Source: Podarcis filfolensis | Lineage: Eukaryota | DNA length: 64,000 bases | Reading direction: 5' to 3' (one strand) | Assembly (NCBI GenBank): GCA_964270895.1 | Contig: OZ185438.1 | Shown: positions 51,759 through 64,000 of the stretch, one piece after another | Layout: each line of letters starts with the position of its first letter | Position numbering within the stretch: the first letter of the stretch is position 1 | The notes under the pieces: model-generated | Databases searched by the model: none | Told to the model about the DNA's origin: nothing | What the model saw: the letters and a program-made list of their open reading frames with translations, nothing else | Translations under genes and position numbers: made by a program

Positions 51759-52118
51759 AAGGTAAAGGTACCCCTGACCATTAGGTTCAGTTGCGGACGA
51801 CTCTGGGGTAATGGCGCTCATCTCGTTCTATAGGCCGAGGAAGCCAGCGTTTGTCCACAGACAGCTTCCAGGTCATGTGGCCAGCATGACTAAGCTGCTT
51901 CTGGCGAACCAGAGCAACCCACGGAAATGCCGTTTACCTTCCCACCGGAGCGGTACCTATTTATCTACTTGCACTTTGATGTGCTTTCGAACTGCTAGGT
52001 GGGCAGGAGCTGGGACCGAGCAATGGGAGCTCACCCCGCTGCGAGGATTCGAACAGCCAACCTTCTGATCAGCAAACCCTAGGCTCTGTGGTTTAGACCA
52101 CAGCGCCACCCGCGTCCC
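51759..52118 (-). mobile_element. Sauria SINE, full length
   Basis: 15-bp TSD taccccagYagccta at 51744-51758 and 52119-52133. Confidence 0.92.
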
Positions 52119-53133
52119 TACCCCAGCAGCCTAGTAACTCACAAACACACAACATGACTTGCTGGGGAGGGGAAATTTGCAAAAAGGCATCATGATATGT
52201 CGTGCTGACCAAGCAAAAAGAGACCTTTGGTTAAACCAGGCAAACTATCGTTCCATTTCATTTGCTTGTTTAGTTATAATATGACAACAATGAACATCAA
52301 GATACCAGAATGCAATCCGGAAAACAATGTGTGCTTCAAGTTCAAAACCCACACCAGTTTTACAAGGCAGGGAGAGCAAATGCAATGGGCAGAATTCAGT
52401 CCCACTGGTGGAAGCCTGAGCCACTCTCCCTTCCCCACTGAAACTGGCTCGGGGTGTGGGATGCTCTATGAGAAACACTGGAACAGTGCATGGGGCAGGA
52501 TGATCGTGCTATCTGGCAAACTGAAAAGGTTCAACCAATGTATGTATTCACTGAAGCCGGAAATACCAGATTGAAAATTAGACACATGCTCAAGATTCCA
52601 CTCTAAATATCAAGTTCAAATCTCAAGGGATGGACCACAGAACAGTGGCAGAGCACATGCTGCACATCAGTTTTTTTCATAGGGTCAAATCCTTCTTTTT
52701 TTCTTTTTTTAAAGCATAAAGCAGCAAGTAACACAAAAGATTCCTGCACAAGATCCTGCCGTGCCACTTCCAGTTGGAAGAGACATTATTGGTTGATATG
52801 GCCAAGTTGTCTGGCCTAGTATCAAGGAGTTTAAGGCATGTGTTTTCACTGCAATGGTCCATATGAAGTTCAAACCCTTGCTCTGTGCTCATTTTCAAGT
52901 TGGGAGGAGTGGTTTTTGTTTTTAACGAAATAGAATGTTTTCCTGAGGTAAAACCCTTCAAATGCTTTGCCAAAAATATTAGACATTACCAGAATAGAGA
53001 TGATATGGAAATATGGGACTGCTGTTTTCAGTGGCAGCCATGAGGCTCATATAACATCGGGTTAGGCCCTTACACATAAACTTTCTGCAGCCCTATGAAC
53101 TGAAAGTACTAGCTTAGCTTGTACCAACGCATA

Positions 53134-53643
53134 CATGGGGGGTAGGAACCTCTGGCCTGTGGGCCAATATTGGCTTGCCAAGGGGTCCCTGTTGGCCAAT
53201 GAGGCCATCTTCTCCAAACAATGTCCACCTGCCCATCAAGTGACATCACTTGCGACTTCAGCCAATAGCAGGGGGTGGGGTTAAGCCCAGAGTTGACTGC
53301 TTGCCTATTCTCAGCAGGGAGCAAAGGCACACAACCATATCTGCAGGATTTAAGGTGATGAGCAGGGAGTTAAATCCTCTTTAGTTTGGCAGGACTTCAT
53401 GCAAACCCCTTCATGATTCAGGAAACGTTTTGCATGAAATCCCCTGCTAAAATGAAGGGGGTGACACTGCCTTTAAGAAGGACCTTGCAAACTGAACTGA
53501 AGTCCATGGCCTTCAAAACATTTTGTACCTGATGCTGCTTCGACGCCAGGTTGTTTGACAGGTGGGCAGCCCAGATCCACTGTCATAAATTTTACCCACA
53601 AGACCAATCTAGGCCACGGAGCCTAAAAGGTTAGCCACCCCTG
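53134..53643. mobile_element. old non-autonomous hAT element
   Basis: Degenerate termini catggggggtaggaacc...ggcc / aaaggttagccacccctg; no clear TSD. Confidence 0.4.
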
Positions 53644-55972
53644 ACATACATGAACGGTTCAAAAAGAAGCTGTAAAGATTTAATGGGAGCACATAGCCAG
53701 CACCGTACATTTCACTGGTGAGAGAAGTTTTGTCATCTATAAGGAACTTAAAAAGCAGCTACTCCTTAGTGCATATACAGATGAAGGGAGCCAATACTAT
53801 GGCCAGCCATCCTAGTTCAATCTGTTCCCACAAGAAATCCTCCATTTAATGGACTGTGAAAGTGAACGTTATGAAGATGAAATATTGACATAGCTTTAAA
53901 GGAATTTGGATTTCTATAGATTCTTCCTGGGACAGAAGGGTAAGTGCTGGCCAGATTGTGGATGCCATACATCTCTAAGTTCCCTGATCCTTCCAAGCAT
54001 TTCTGGAATCTATATTTACTCACATCAACATGGGAGGAGAGGATTTCTTGTTCCTGATTTTAACCAATCAAAACAAGTGGCTTAGCATCTGCATTTTTAT
54101 CCCCAAGGCCTATCAGGTGAAACAATCATTTTATCTTCTTCTCAGCTAAGAAGGCTTGTTAAAATGTTTGTTTCTTCCTGGTATCTGTCATTTTGGAGCA
54201 GCTTTGTTACTCCCTCAAAAAAAAGACTGCACAAAAAGCACAGTGAAAAATAGTTTACGCTTTGAGACCAAAGAGAAATGAGGTTTAAATATGAAAGACA
54301 ATGACATACTAAGAAATTAAAAGGCAAAACAAGCTCCACAAACAGCTGGAGCAACGGTGTACTGACAATTTACTGTAAATAGATCACAGCTCTGTTACTG
54401 AGTGGGGGAAGGGAAGAGAGAAACGAAAAGGTGGAAGCAGCATTCGTTTTGATGTAAAGGATGAAAAAAGTCATTAAAATATTTATATAACCTGAACAGT
54501 GTGGAGTGGAACTCACCACCCAGAGAGCAACCTATGCACTACTGAAAGCTCTTAGCTGCAGTATCTATCATTCTCAATTCACTGCCTAATTGGAACACAA
54601 TCTCCTTGCTTGTCTAAATTTAGGAACAACTTTCACAATACTTTTTTTTGGAGGAGAGGGGGCAAAACGAATTCGCACTAAACACCTACCTTGCGGCAGG
54701 CCTTTTCAGTATTATTGGAAAATCACCTCCAGTTTTTATCTGCAATGTATTTGCCCAACCTATTTTAAACAAGTATGCAATTCCAATAATGTGGCATTTA
54801 TAGAGGACCGTCACTGTACACAGATGTGAACCGTACAAAGTAAATATCAAACATGCATAAAATGATACCAAGTGATATCAAGTTTCATTATTTACGTGGA
54901 CATTTTGCACTGGCAAATAGCAGAACAAGGCCATGGCGGTTCAAAACCCAAGTTAAATAAAGCACCTTGGGATGGGGAACTTTAATTAATCCACTGGTAA
55001 ATACAAATACAAGGGCCCGATTTTTTGATATATTTTTTAAAAAGCATGTTAAGAGCCTACCTTATTAATCAATTTTCATGCATACTTAAACACTGGGCAA
55101 AAAGAAGCAGCATTTCTCTGTGCTGGAGGTACATGTTTTAACAGTGGCTAAGGTTTTACACGAAAAATATATATACAAAATTCAATTTTAAATTCCATTT
55201 TCAAGAAATAAAGAATTTGGGGGTGGGGGAACAGGGACTGAGATGAAACCTCTTATCGGCACAGTAATTTATACTTTTATTCCCAAGGCAGGCAAGGGAT
55301 TCACGATGAAGTAAAACAATCCTTGATCAACTTAATATTTTCTACATGACAAAGATCAATAAGTGGCAATCAAATTACATACCATTAGTTAGGGCTTCAA
55401 AATGGAATTTTTCTACAGACAGGAATTTCACAAAGAGAGCCCTCATCATGAAGTGCACACATTTGATGGCATCTAAATGACAGGCACCAGGGAATCCTGA
55501 AGAGAGATCTGCTGTAGCAGAGTTCTTCAGATTTGACACTCGAGTGCTCATATTACTCCGATCAGCACAGTAAATTAATGTAACAAGGCCTCAGGTTATT
55601 GAAAAGATTCAGTTTCAATTACTAACTTGGTTCTTTAGTCTCATCATTCAGGTCAGGTGATCCTCCAAGTTCAGCATAACTTTGGGACTAACACGCATAT
55701 TACAGTTGCAAAGGCGATGGCACCAAAAAAAGCCAGCCCTCAGGTAAATTATCCTCACTCCAGCCAAAAGGCACCAACTTGCTAATCGCACAAATCTCCA
55801 TTATATGTATTTCTTTAAAAATTATAATAATAAATAACACATCATCTAAAAATAGATTTCAGGGTGGTATATAAAGAAATTTAAAGTTACAAAAACCATT
55901 AACCCACAAACCACCAATGCAATAAAATTAAGCAAAATAAAACCACTCAAAATTCTGCTGTTGCTTGCGGTA

Positions 55973-56328
55973 AGGTAAAGGTAAAGGGACCCCTGACCGT
56001 TAGGTCCAGTCGTGGCCGACTCTGGGGTTGCGGCGCTCATCTCGCTTTATTGGCTGAGGGAGCCGGCGTATAGCTTCCGGTTCATGTGGCCACCATGACT
56101 AAGCTGCTTCTGGCGAACCAGAGCAGCGCACAGAAACACCATTTACCTTCCCACCGGAGCAGTACCTATTTATCTACTCGCACTTTGACATGCTTTCGAA
56201 CTGCTAGGTTGACAGGAGCAGGGACCAAGCAAAGGGAGCTCACCCCGTTGTGGGGATTCGAACCGCCGACCTTCTGATTGCCAAGTCCTAGGCTCTGTGG
56301 TTTAACCCACAGCGCCACCCGCGTCCCC
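55973..56328 (-). mobile_element. Sauria SINE, full length
   Basis: 13-bp TSD gttgcttgYggta at 55960-55972 and 56329-56341. Confidence 0.92.
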
Positions 56329-56868
56329 GTTGCTTGTGGTAGCATGCCACTAAAAATAGGTTTTGTATTCCCCCCCATTCTATGTTGCTGTCTTGGTGTT
56401 TAAGAGCACTACACCTAAAAGAACAAGCCTAAAACTTGAGCATGTGAGAAGTTTGGGGAAGTCAAGGGCACTGCCACTGTTTAAAAAGGGAAGAGCTAAG
56501 ATTGCTAACAGCTTTCTCTCCCTCCCGCCATCTTCTCCCAATCATATACACACACATTTCCCCAATGAATAGTATAAAAATAGAAGGAAATTTTCTTATC
56601 TTTGCTGCAGAACGCAGCTGTTTTGCTCCATATGGTAAGGCGGACAGTCACACCTAAAGATAATCTCTGCGTTGCTCACTATTTGTTGTGAACCAAAATA
56701 ATTGATCATTTGCATTTGTTCCTTCTCTAGATCATTTGTCAAAGGACAAATTCCAAGTATCTCTCTATCCCATCCTGAATATGTGGGATTGCCAAATTTT
56801 ATAAGTAATATTTGTTAAGTGACAAACTGGCACAATCTACTTGCACGTTAAAGAAGTCCAAATTGATT

Positions 56869-57006
56869 NNNNNNNNNNNNNNNNNNNNNNNNNNNNNNNN
56901 NNNNNNNNNNNNNNNNNNNNNNNNNNNNNNNNNNNNNNNNNNNNNNNNNNNNNNNNNNNNNNNNNNNNNNNNNNNNNNNNNNNNNNNNNNNNNNNNNNNN
57001 NNNNNN
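56869..57006. other. assembly gap (138 N)
   Basis: Run of N, adjoining the tail end of a Squam3-like SINE. Confidence 0.99.
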
Positions 57007-57143
57007 CCGCTTTATCACTACCCGAAGGAGTCTCAAAGCGGCTAACATTCTCCTTTTCCCTTCCTCCCCCACAACAAACACTCTGTGAGGGGAGTGGGGC
57101 TGAGAGACTTCAGAGAAGTGTGACTAGCCCAAGGTCACCCAGC
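57007..57143 (-). mobile_element. Squam3-like SINE fragment
   Basis: ccgctttatcactacccgaaggagtctc...aaggtcacccagc; same family as 16523. Confidence 0.8.
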
Positions 57144-58543
57144 GCTAGATGGGAAAATGGAAGATAGAATCACATCTTAATAGTAGAAACGTAAAAATCT
57201 CCGGAAACATTTAAAGCTGTGGAGAAAAACTTGTTTTCCCATATTTCCCCACCACATTTCATTGGGAGGGAGGACACACACAAAATGGGTAGTGGGGAAG
57301 ATATGTGCAATATTTACTTCCTTATCCAAACGAAACTTTATTAGTTGCTCGAACAAATGAAATGCATCACTTTTAACTTAATTAAAATATAAAATTGTAC
57401 CATTTGGCCTATTTAAAACCATAAATGACTTTGTTTCATACCAACAAACTTGTGAATATACCCAGTTGTGCTCCACTTCCTTGTACAAGTCACCCAAATG
57501 GTTGAATCTTTTCCTCTGAGGTTTTGCCACCCATAAGGAGAATTTCTGAAGTTTCTGCCCTGCTTTCTTCTGACCTTTTTACTACCCAGCAAGGCAGGGC
57601 AATAACCTGATTGACTCCCAATGTGTAGGAGGGTGATTAGGAGACATGAAAAAGGTTAACCAGGAAGAGGTAGGTCAAGAGGAAAGCCGAAGCAGGCTAT
57701 TTGCTTCCAGCATCTCCAAACTAGATCAAAAGTCACTAGAAAAAGGCAATAGGCACTTCATGTGCGATGACGGCTTTTTATACTCCTGTCAGGAAGAGGG
57801 CAGCACCCTTGAGGCACAGAAATGCATCTTTGACTAGTTAGCTGTATGCCAGGATTGTGATTCTCTAATGCCATAGAGTATTTTACATTTTTAAAAAGTG
57901 TTTAAAAACATTGTACTCATTCTAAAAATATATATTTCAAAAGGTTTTTAAGTGTTCCCCCAAACTTCCAATTTTTCGAATAATTCTGAGAAGAAACACA
58001 AATGAGTAAGGACCATTTCCCTCCTTGAATGTTCCCAGAGTTTATTTCCCAGGATTTCATATCTCTACTCAACAGATGTGCAATAAGTTTGGTTTTTGTT
58101 TTTAAAAAGCAAATTGGCTAAACAGTCAACTTAAGACCCCTTCAATGGCTAAAGTATCTGTCCCTTACTGCTTGTGATACTGTTCGAGAATGGAGTTTTG
58201 TCCTTCGCTTAATTAAAAGTAACACATTTCAGAGGCCTATACACACTTTAAGCAGGATAAACCTTTCCCCACAGCTGAAGACTTTGGTTATTGACTTCTG
58301 CTGTTTATCCTTGGACATTTGCCAGGAAAATGTTTTGACTGTAGTTAAGAGAAATGATACATCGCTACATTTCAACAACAGCAGCATAGAGGAATGTGGC
58401 TTTTGGTGTATTATTAAACTCGTCACTGTTAGCTATACATGAAAATGTATTGCTTCACAAAATACCCACTCTTGTAATTTGGCCATGTCACACTGGCGAT
58501 TAATCTCAACAGAATACATTCTAGAGGTCTAAACACAATATTG

Positions 58544-58681
58544 CAGTGGTTCTCAACCTGTGGGTCCCCAGATGTTGTTGGACTACAACTCCCATCATCC
58601 CTGAGCTCTGGCCTTGCTAGCTAGGGGTGATGGGAGTTGTAGTTCAACAACACATAGGGACCCACAGGTTGAGAACCGCTG
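58544..58681. mobile_element. palindromic hAT MITE (138 bp)
   Basis: TIRs cagtggttctcaacctgtgggtccc / gggacccacaggttgagaaccgctg; perfect 8-bp TSD caatattg at 58536-58543 and 58682-58689. Confidence 0.9.
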
Positions 58682-59033
58682 CAATATTGGAACTGGGGTG
58701 GGAATAGACATGCCACTAGAACTTAAATCCCCTCTGTCGTAAGCTAGTTTAGTCAACTACTGACTTTTCATGAAATTGTTCATGGCATGAGAGCAGGAGG
58801 TCTGAAGACCCAGCAAAGGTCCAGGGCAGACCAATAGCCTTGTATACTTTCTGTCATCTCCTCCTGTCTCTGAGCCACTGCTGAGTCACTGTCTGAGAGC
58901 CAACCTAAAGGCTTGCCTTCAGGTCCACCGTGACCTTTGCTCTTGATGCCCAAAGGCAAAGGGGGAGAATCAGAGGATCTAAGCAGGGCTCAAAATTATT
59001 GTGGGAGCCAGGCAACAGGTCCTCCTGCAAATA

Positions 59034-59253
59034 CACCTTGGAAGTCGAACGGAATCCATTCCGGAACTTCGCTCAACTTCCAAAACGTTCGGAAACCAAA
59101 GTTCCGGCAGGAAGCCCTTGCAGCCAACCAGAAGCTGCGGAAGCCCTGTCGGACGTTTGGCTTCCAAAAACAGTTCGCAAACCAGAACAGTTTGCGGCGT
59201 TCGGGAGCCAAAACGTTCGATAACTAAGCTGTTTGGAAACCAAGGTACGACTG
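59034..59253. mobile_element. Tc1/mariner MITE related to 62277-62518 (left TIR damaged)
   Basis: accttggaagtcgaacggaatccattcc...ccaaggtacgactg. Confidence 0.75.
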
Positions 59254-59731
59254 CAGTTTAAGGTTGCAGCGTGAATATAAAATCTAGGGGAACCTGAGAT
59301 AGAAAACCTCACTGTGTGACGGGTCAGCAACGCAATGCAAGTATGTACACATGGCAATAAAGACTGTCTGCCTTATACTACAATCTTTCACATTTTACAT
59401 TAGCACTTATACAGCATATCTAACAGCATATGCAAACACAGTATTCTGATGTCCATTCGCACAGACTAGAAACAGCATCAGGTGCTGCTTCCCTTTGGTG
59501 CAATTCCATACATGGGTGAGGGCTGTAGTTGAATAATTTAATCAGGCGGGGAGGGGGAGAAAAGAAGCACTCTTGGTTCTTCGTATGCAACCAGCAGTCT
59601 TTCTTCCAGCATCCTGGCTGGGTCCAGACTTAGGGCTACATGGGAAAGAAGTCTCAAACCGTTTCAGATTCAGGATCCACTTTTAACCCCTAAATTGCAG
59701 CACCAAGCCCATTTAGCTCTTGCTGTATATA

Positions 59732-59940
59732 CAGCGGTACCTCAGGTTACATATGCTTCAGGTTACAGACTCCGCTAACCCAGAAATATTACCTCAGGTT
59801 AAGAACTTTGCTTCAGGATGAGAACAGAAATTGTGCTCCGGCGGCACGGCGGCAGCGGGAGGCCCCATTAGCTAAAGTGGTGCTTCAGGTTAAGAACGGA
59901 CCTCCGGAACGAATTAAGTACTTAACCTGAGGTACCACTG
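59732..59940. mobile_element. Tc1/mariner MITE, family A
   Basis: TIRs and TA TSD. Confidence 0.88.
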
Positions 59941-62276
59941 TATTGTTCTATGCATGTATTACCCTCTTTCTCCTTCCCTTAAAATGGGATGACAATGGTA
60001 GTGGCACAACAACTGTTGAGGAGGCTAACTCAACCTTCAAGACAATGTACACCTTCAAGCAGCTTTATGAAGGTTGTGTTCAGATGGTACTTTTTATTAA
60101 CCAAAACTCTGCCATTCATTTATTCATTCATTTGAAGGATCATTCTTCTATTAAAGAACTAGTCCAGGCACAAATCACAGCACCCCACAGGATTTCTTGG
60201 GAGCTGTTTGCAGGTACTTGGACTTGTCCTGCCTAGTCTTGTCTTAAAGGGCTGTGCAAAAAAGCACCTACAAAGAGAAGTAAGCAGTCAAACAGCAGTA
60301 AGATTAAGCTATCTGCCAGGAACATATTGTAACTTGGGAAGGTGAAAATCCAAGTTGCACTTCCATATAAAAATAAAGGCAGTTCCTAAAATAGGTGTGC
60401 TTTGGGAAATAGTTGCAGCAACGGTGCAGATCTGAGGAGGAAATAATAGAAAGGATAAATTGCAGCTTTTAAGCAAAAAACAAAAACAAAACACAAGCAA
60501 GCAAAAATAAATGATGAAGGCGATGCAGGAAAACGTCTGCTGAGAAATTATTCCTACATTTCTCCCCAGATCAGTGGTTCCAAATCTTTATGAGTACAAA
60601 GACCCCTTTCTCACCTCAAAAATGTTTTGTGAACCCCCACATGCTAACTATTGCAATTTCAGACTCAGTTAATTGAGAAAATACATAACAACAATAAACA
60701 TGCAAGGATCTGTGTTACAGAAAACACTGTCTGTCTCTCAGTCTAGATTTTAAGGAAGCAGAGGAAATGTAAATAAAATAAAATAAAGGTGTTCCTCAGG
60801 AAGGTTATAAGCACTATCAGCAGTAGGATCCCCCAGAAATAAAAATTCCTGATATTTAAAATTGTACTTTAAATATTCAGGCTTGAAGTAGAGTTCGGTG
60901 TAACTCCCCAGTTCAGTGAACGCTGGTCTGATCAATTATCTAATGAAAGATAATTCTTCTAACTTACCCTAATAATTCTGTTGCAATAAAGACTGCCTTA
61001 TTTTGAGCCGCTTTTTCTCAAAACCCCAACCCATCAGAAGGGTCTTCCACACTAAACCCCATCTTCTCTGTGACATATGGACTATTATTCCTCTTGAATA
61101 ATTCTTCTCTCTGCTCAACATTTTATAAGGTTCTTAAAAGGCTTCTATCTGACACACACACACATATCATCACTAGGGATTTGCATTAATGCTAACAACA
61201 GTTTATACTTAAAATAAAATAAAAATACACTGGTTGGTCTAAATAAGGGATCATTTGAGGTATGTCTATGAATGCTATATTAGTAGCACCTGAGTCCACT
61301 TGCTTTAATTGTGCTTATATAGAGGAATATTATACTTGTATTAGTCCATAGCAGCAACTCCCATTTCAAAAAGCATGGAAGTGCCCTTCAGCTGACATAT
61401 ACCCCTATCATCAAACTTTTCTATTTTTCTCTAATTTTATGGATAGTTCACTGAACAACCTATCATTCCATCAGCAAATCAGGCTCATTGGATTGGCTTT
61501 GGACTAGGCTAGCCACCAATCACTCAAAGTGGGGCGACCAATTTCCCCAATCCTCCCCTACCTACGAGAGCACCTTGCAATATCCCATTCTGCTGCAACT
61601 TTCAGGAGGTGCAAGGAGCAGTGAAAATCAGGGGGCCAGTCTTGCACGAGTGTTTCCCACTAGCACAAAGCAGCCATTGTGTACCTTTGTGCACATTCTA
61701 TTTTACCTTCTGATAAAAACAAGACTTGATCAGGAAATCTCTCAAACTTTCCCATCCATTTCAACTTTGGGGTTAAGATTTCCAAAGTGTATTTAAGATG
61801 GAGGCATTTGAACTGATTATAAAGCCAATAGACATGATTACATCCCCCCCCATCTCCTCCAAACATAGTAAGTGTAGGTGGTGAAGAGAACAAAATGTAT
61901 TGCTATGCTCAGCTGTCAGGCTAGAACACAGTCTTCTCTAACTTCTAATTCTGGATCATTTCCTGGCTAACTATGAAGATGATTCTCTACTAATCAACTG
62001 CAAAGTATCAACTGTTAACAGTACCACAGATTAACTTGAGAGTTCACTGGGTTTTTAACTGGTAATTAGTGTGTTAATGGTACTGAAAAGTACCTTATTT
62101 TACTTTCATTTGACATTTCAGCCTATAGATTTATACCTGCTGATATAAATTTATCAACACTCTTACGAATATATACAGAAGAACACTCTTGGCATCCTTG
62201 CTTAGCCATACTTAATAACAGTAAACTTTCGGGCAGTAATTCATCAACAGACTAAAATACTCCTCGAAAGTTAATA

Positions 62277-62518
62277 CAGTCGTACCTTGGAAGTTGAACG
62301 GAATCCATTCTGGAAGTCCGTTCAACTTCCGAAAAGGTTCAGAAACCAAAGTGGAGCTTCTGATTGGCTGCAGGAAGCTCCTGCAGCCAATCAGAAGCCC
62401 CGTTGGCTGTTTGGCTTCCAAAAAAAGTTCAAAAAGTGGAACAGTCACTTCTGGGTTTCGATCGCTCGGGAACGCATTTGTTCAGGAGCCAAGGCATTTG
62501 AAATCCAAGGTACAACTG
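62277..62518. mobile_element. Tc1/mariner MITE
   Basis: cagtcgtaccttgga / tccaaggtacaactg TIRs, TA TSD. Confidence 0.82.
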
Positions 62519-63294
62519 TACTGACATTAACCATAACAACCTACAAGTAAACGAATTAGTTAAAATTTCAGAACCACTTAAAACAGTATTTTATAGACCA
62601 CCAGATACAGTACCTAAATACCACAAAAATGTACTGGGTACTCACAACCACGAAGGAATTATTCAGCGGGGGGGGGGGGGGGGGCGGAAAAATTGTTACT
62701 AACAGAATCAGACAAATTCTTAGTTAGCAATATGCAAAGCTGCAAATTTATTCTAGCACGCTGTTTTATTCAGTTATGCATACGTTTTGCTTCCCTGATT
62801 GCTTCGAGCTTATGTTGGTTGATTGGCTGTTCCCATGCGTCATATTAAACTGTACATAATGTTTGATGTTCTGAGGATAAATGGGCGGAGGCAAGCGGGG
62901 GGAAGAAGAACCAGGGGTGCTGTCTTATTGTAAGAAAATAAAGGTCCCTGCGGAAAGGTGGGACAGAAATGTAATAAACTCGTCACTGGAGAAACAGTAC
63001 CCTTTGTTTCAACAATACTGAATGGAAAATGCATCCAAATGAATTGGGGACATTTTAGGATTACCGGGTCTTCTGCAAGAGGCAGCACCCATGCGTTTGA
63101 AAGAATTAAGCAAGGTTTGAGCTAACCGATCCAGTGCTCACGTTTCTTCTCTGCTCTCACTTGGTATGGGAAGAGGATACAGCAAAGTTATTCACTGAGA
63201 AAAGCAGCGGGAGGTGGGCTGGAACCACATTCAGTCTACTTAGAGGCATCACCTTTGGGTAAAGACCAGAAAGTCTCAGTGAGTATGCATTATA

Positions 63295-63535
63295 CGGTGG
63301 TACCTCGGTTCTCGAACGTCTCTGTTGACGAACGTTTCAGAACCCAAATGCCAAAAACCCAGAAGTAAATGCTTCTATTTTCGAACACGCCTCAGAATTC
63401 AAATGACTTCCATTGAGTGTTTTTCAATTTTCTCAACTGAATGTGCAGGCAGCCCTTTGAGCTTCAGTTTTCGGACGTTTCGGAACTCGAACGGTCTTCC
63501 GGAACAGATTATGTTAGAGAACCGAGGTACCACTG
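63295..63535. mobile_element. Tc1/mariner MITE, family B
   Basis: cggtggtacctcggttctcgaac / gagaaccgaggtaccactg TIRs, TA TSD. Confidence 0.85.
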
Positions 63536-64000
63536 TACTACCTTTACAATTCAAATAAAAGTAGTGTTGTTAAACTGGGGGAGACTCCTTCACTGAACAC
63601 GCCAACTTGAAGTGTGGACTACTTTGTTTAAAGTGCCTAAGCCTTGTGAGCCATCTCTGTATAAATTTTGAGTAGGGCTTCAAAAAACTAAAAAATCTTT
63701 GATCAACTGGGCACCTGAAAATCTGTTTTTCCCCTGTTCAGTTTTGCCTTCTAAATCCTAGCTCCAACACATAAAATTTGCAATATTTTCTAATCCTGAT
63801 TTTAATGTTTTGCTCCAATTAGCTGTCTATTATTTTGATAAAAGTGGAAAATCCACTACTATGTATCTTCCAAGATTATCGCAATGCAACACGTAAAGCA
63901 TAGACTGAATCCAAAGAAAAGTTATCTGTTTAGGTTTACTGTAAAACACTAGAGAATAATGCAGTGCATGACAAGATGATTAAATGTAATTAATTAAATC

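Noticed and set aside
55497-55530. ctgaaga...tcttcag hairpin resembling a hammerhead core
   Set aside because: No GAAA after the stem and no stem I/III partner; it is only a short palindrome.

Overview
Eukaryotic genomic DNA from a squamate reptile; the repeat content (Sauria SINEs, Squam-type SINEs, Bov-B, L2, Tc1/mariner and hAT MITEs) suggests a lacertid lizard, which is an inference. The window lies inside the NCK2 gene on the minus strand. It holds the ATG-containing exon (CDS 25213-24988, SH3-1) and the 722-nt exon (6878-6157, SH3-2, SH3-3, start of SH2). The last SH2 exon and the main promoter are outside the window. The rest is intronic and rich in transposable elements, with two N gaps. 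Most notable: (1) a very young Penelope-like retroelement insertion (15-bp TSD, ~71-bp inverted arms) carrying an intact minimal hammerhead ribozyme on the NCK2 sense strand, present in only one of two copies of a ~3.5-kb duplicated segment flanking a gap; (2) a candidate unannotated 71-nt 5'UTR exon; (3) an out-of-frame uATG overlapping the NCK2 start; (4) a sense-oriented solo LTR and a 94-bp-arm hairpin in the coding intron.
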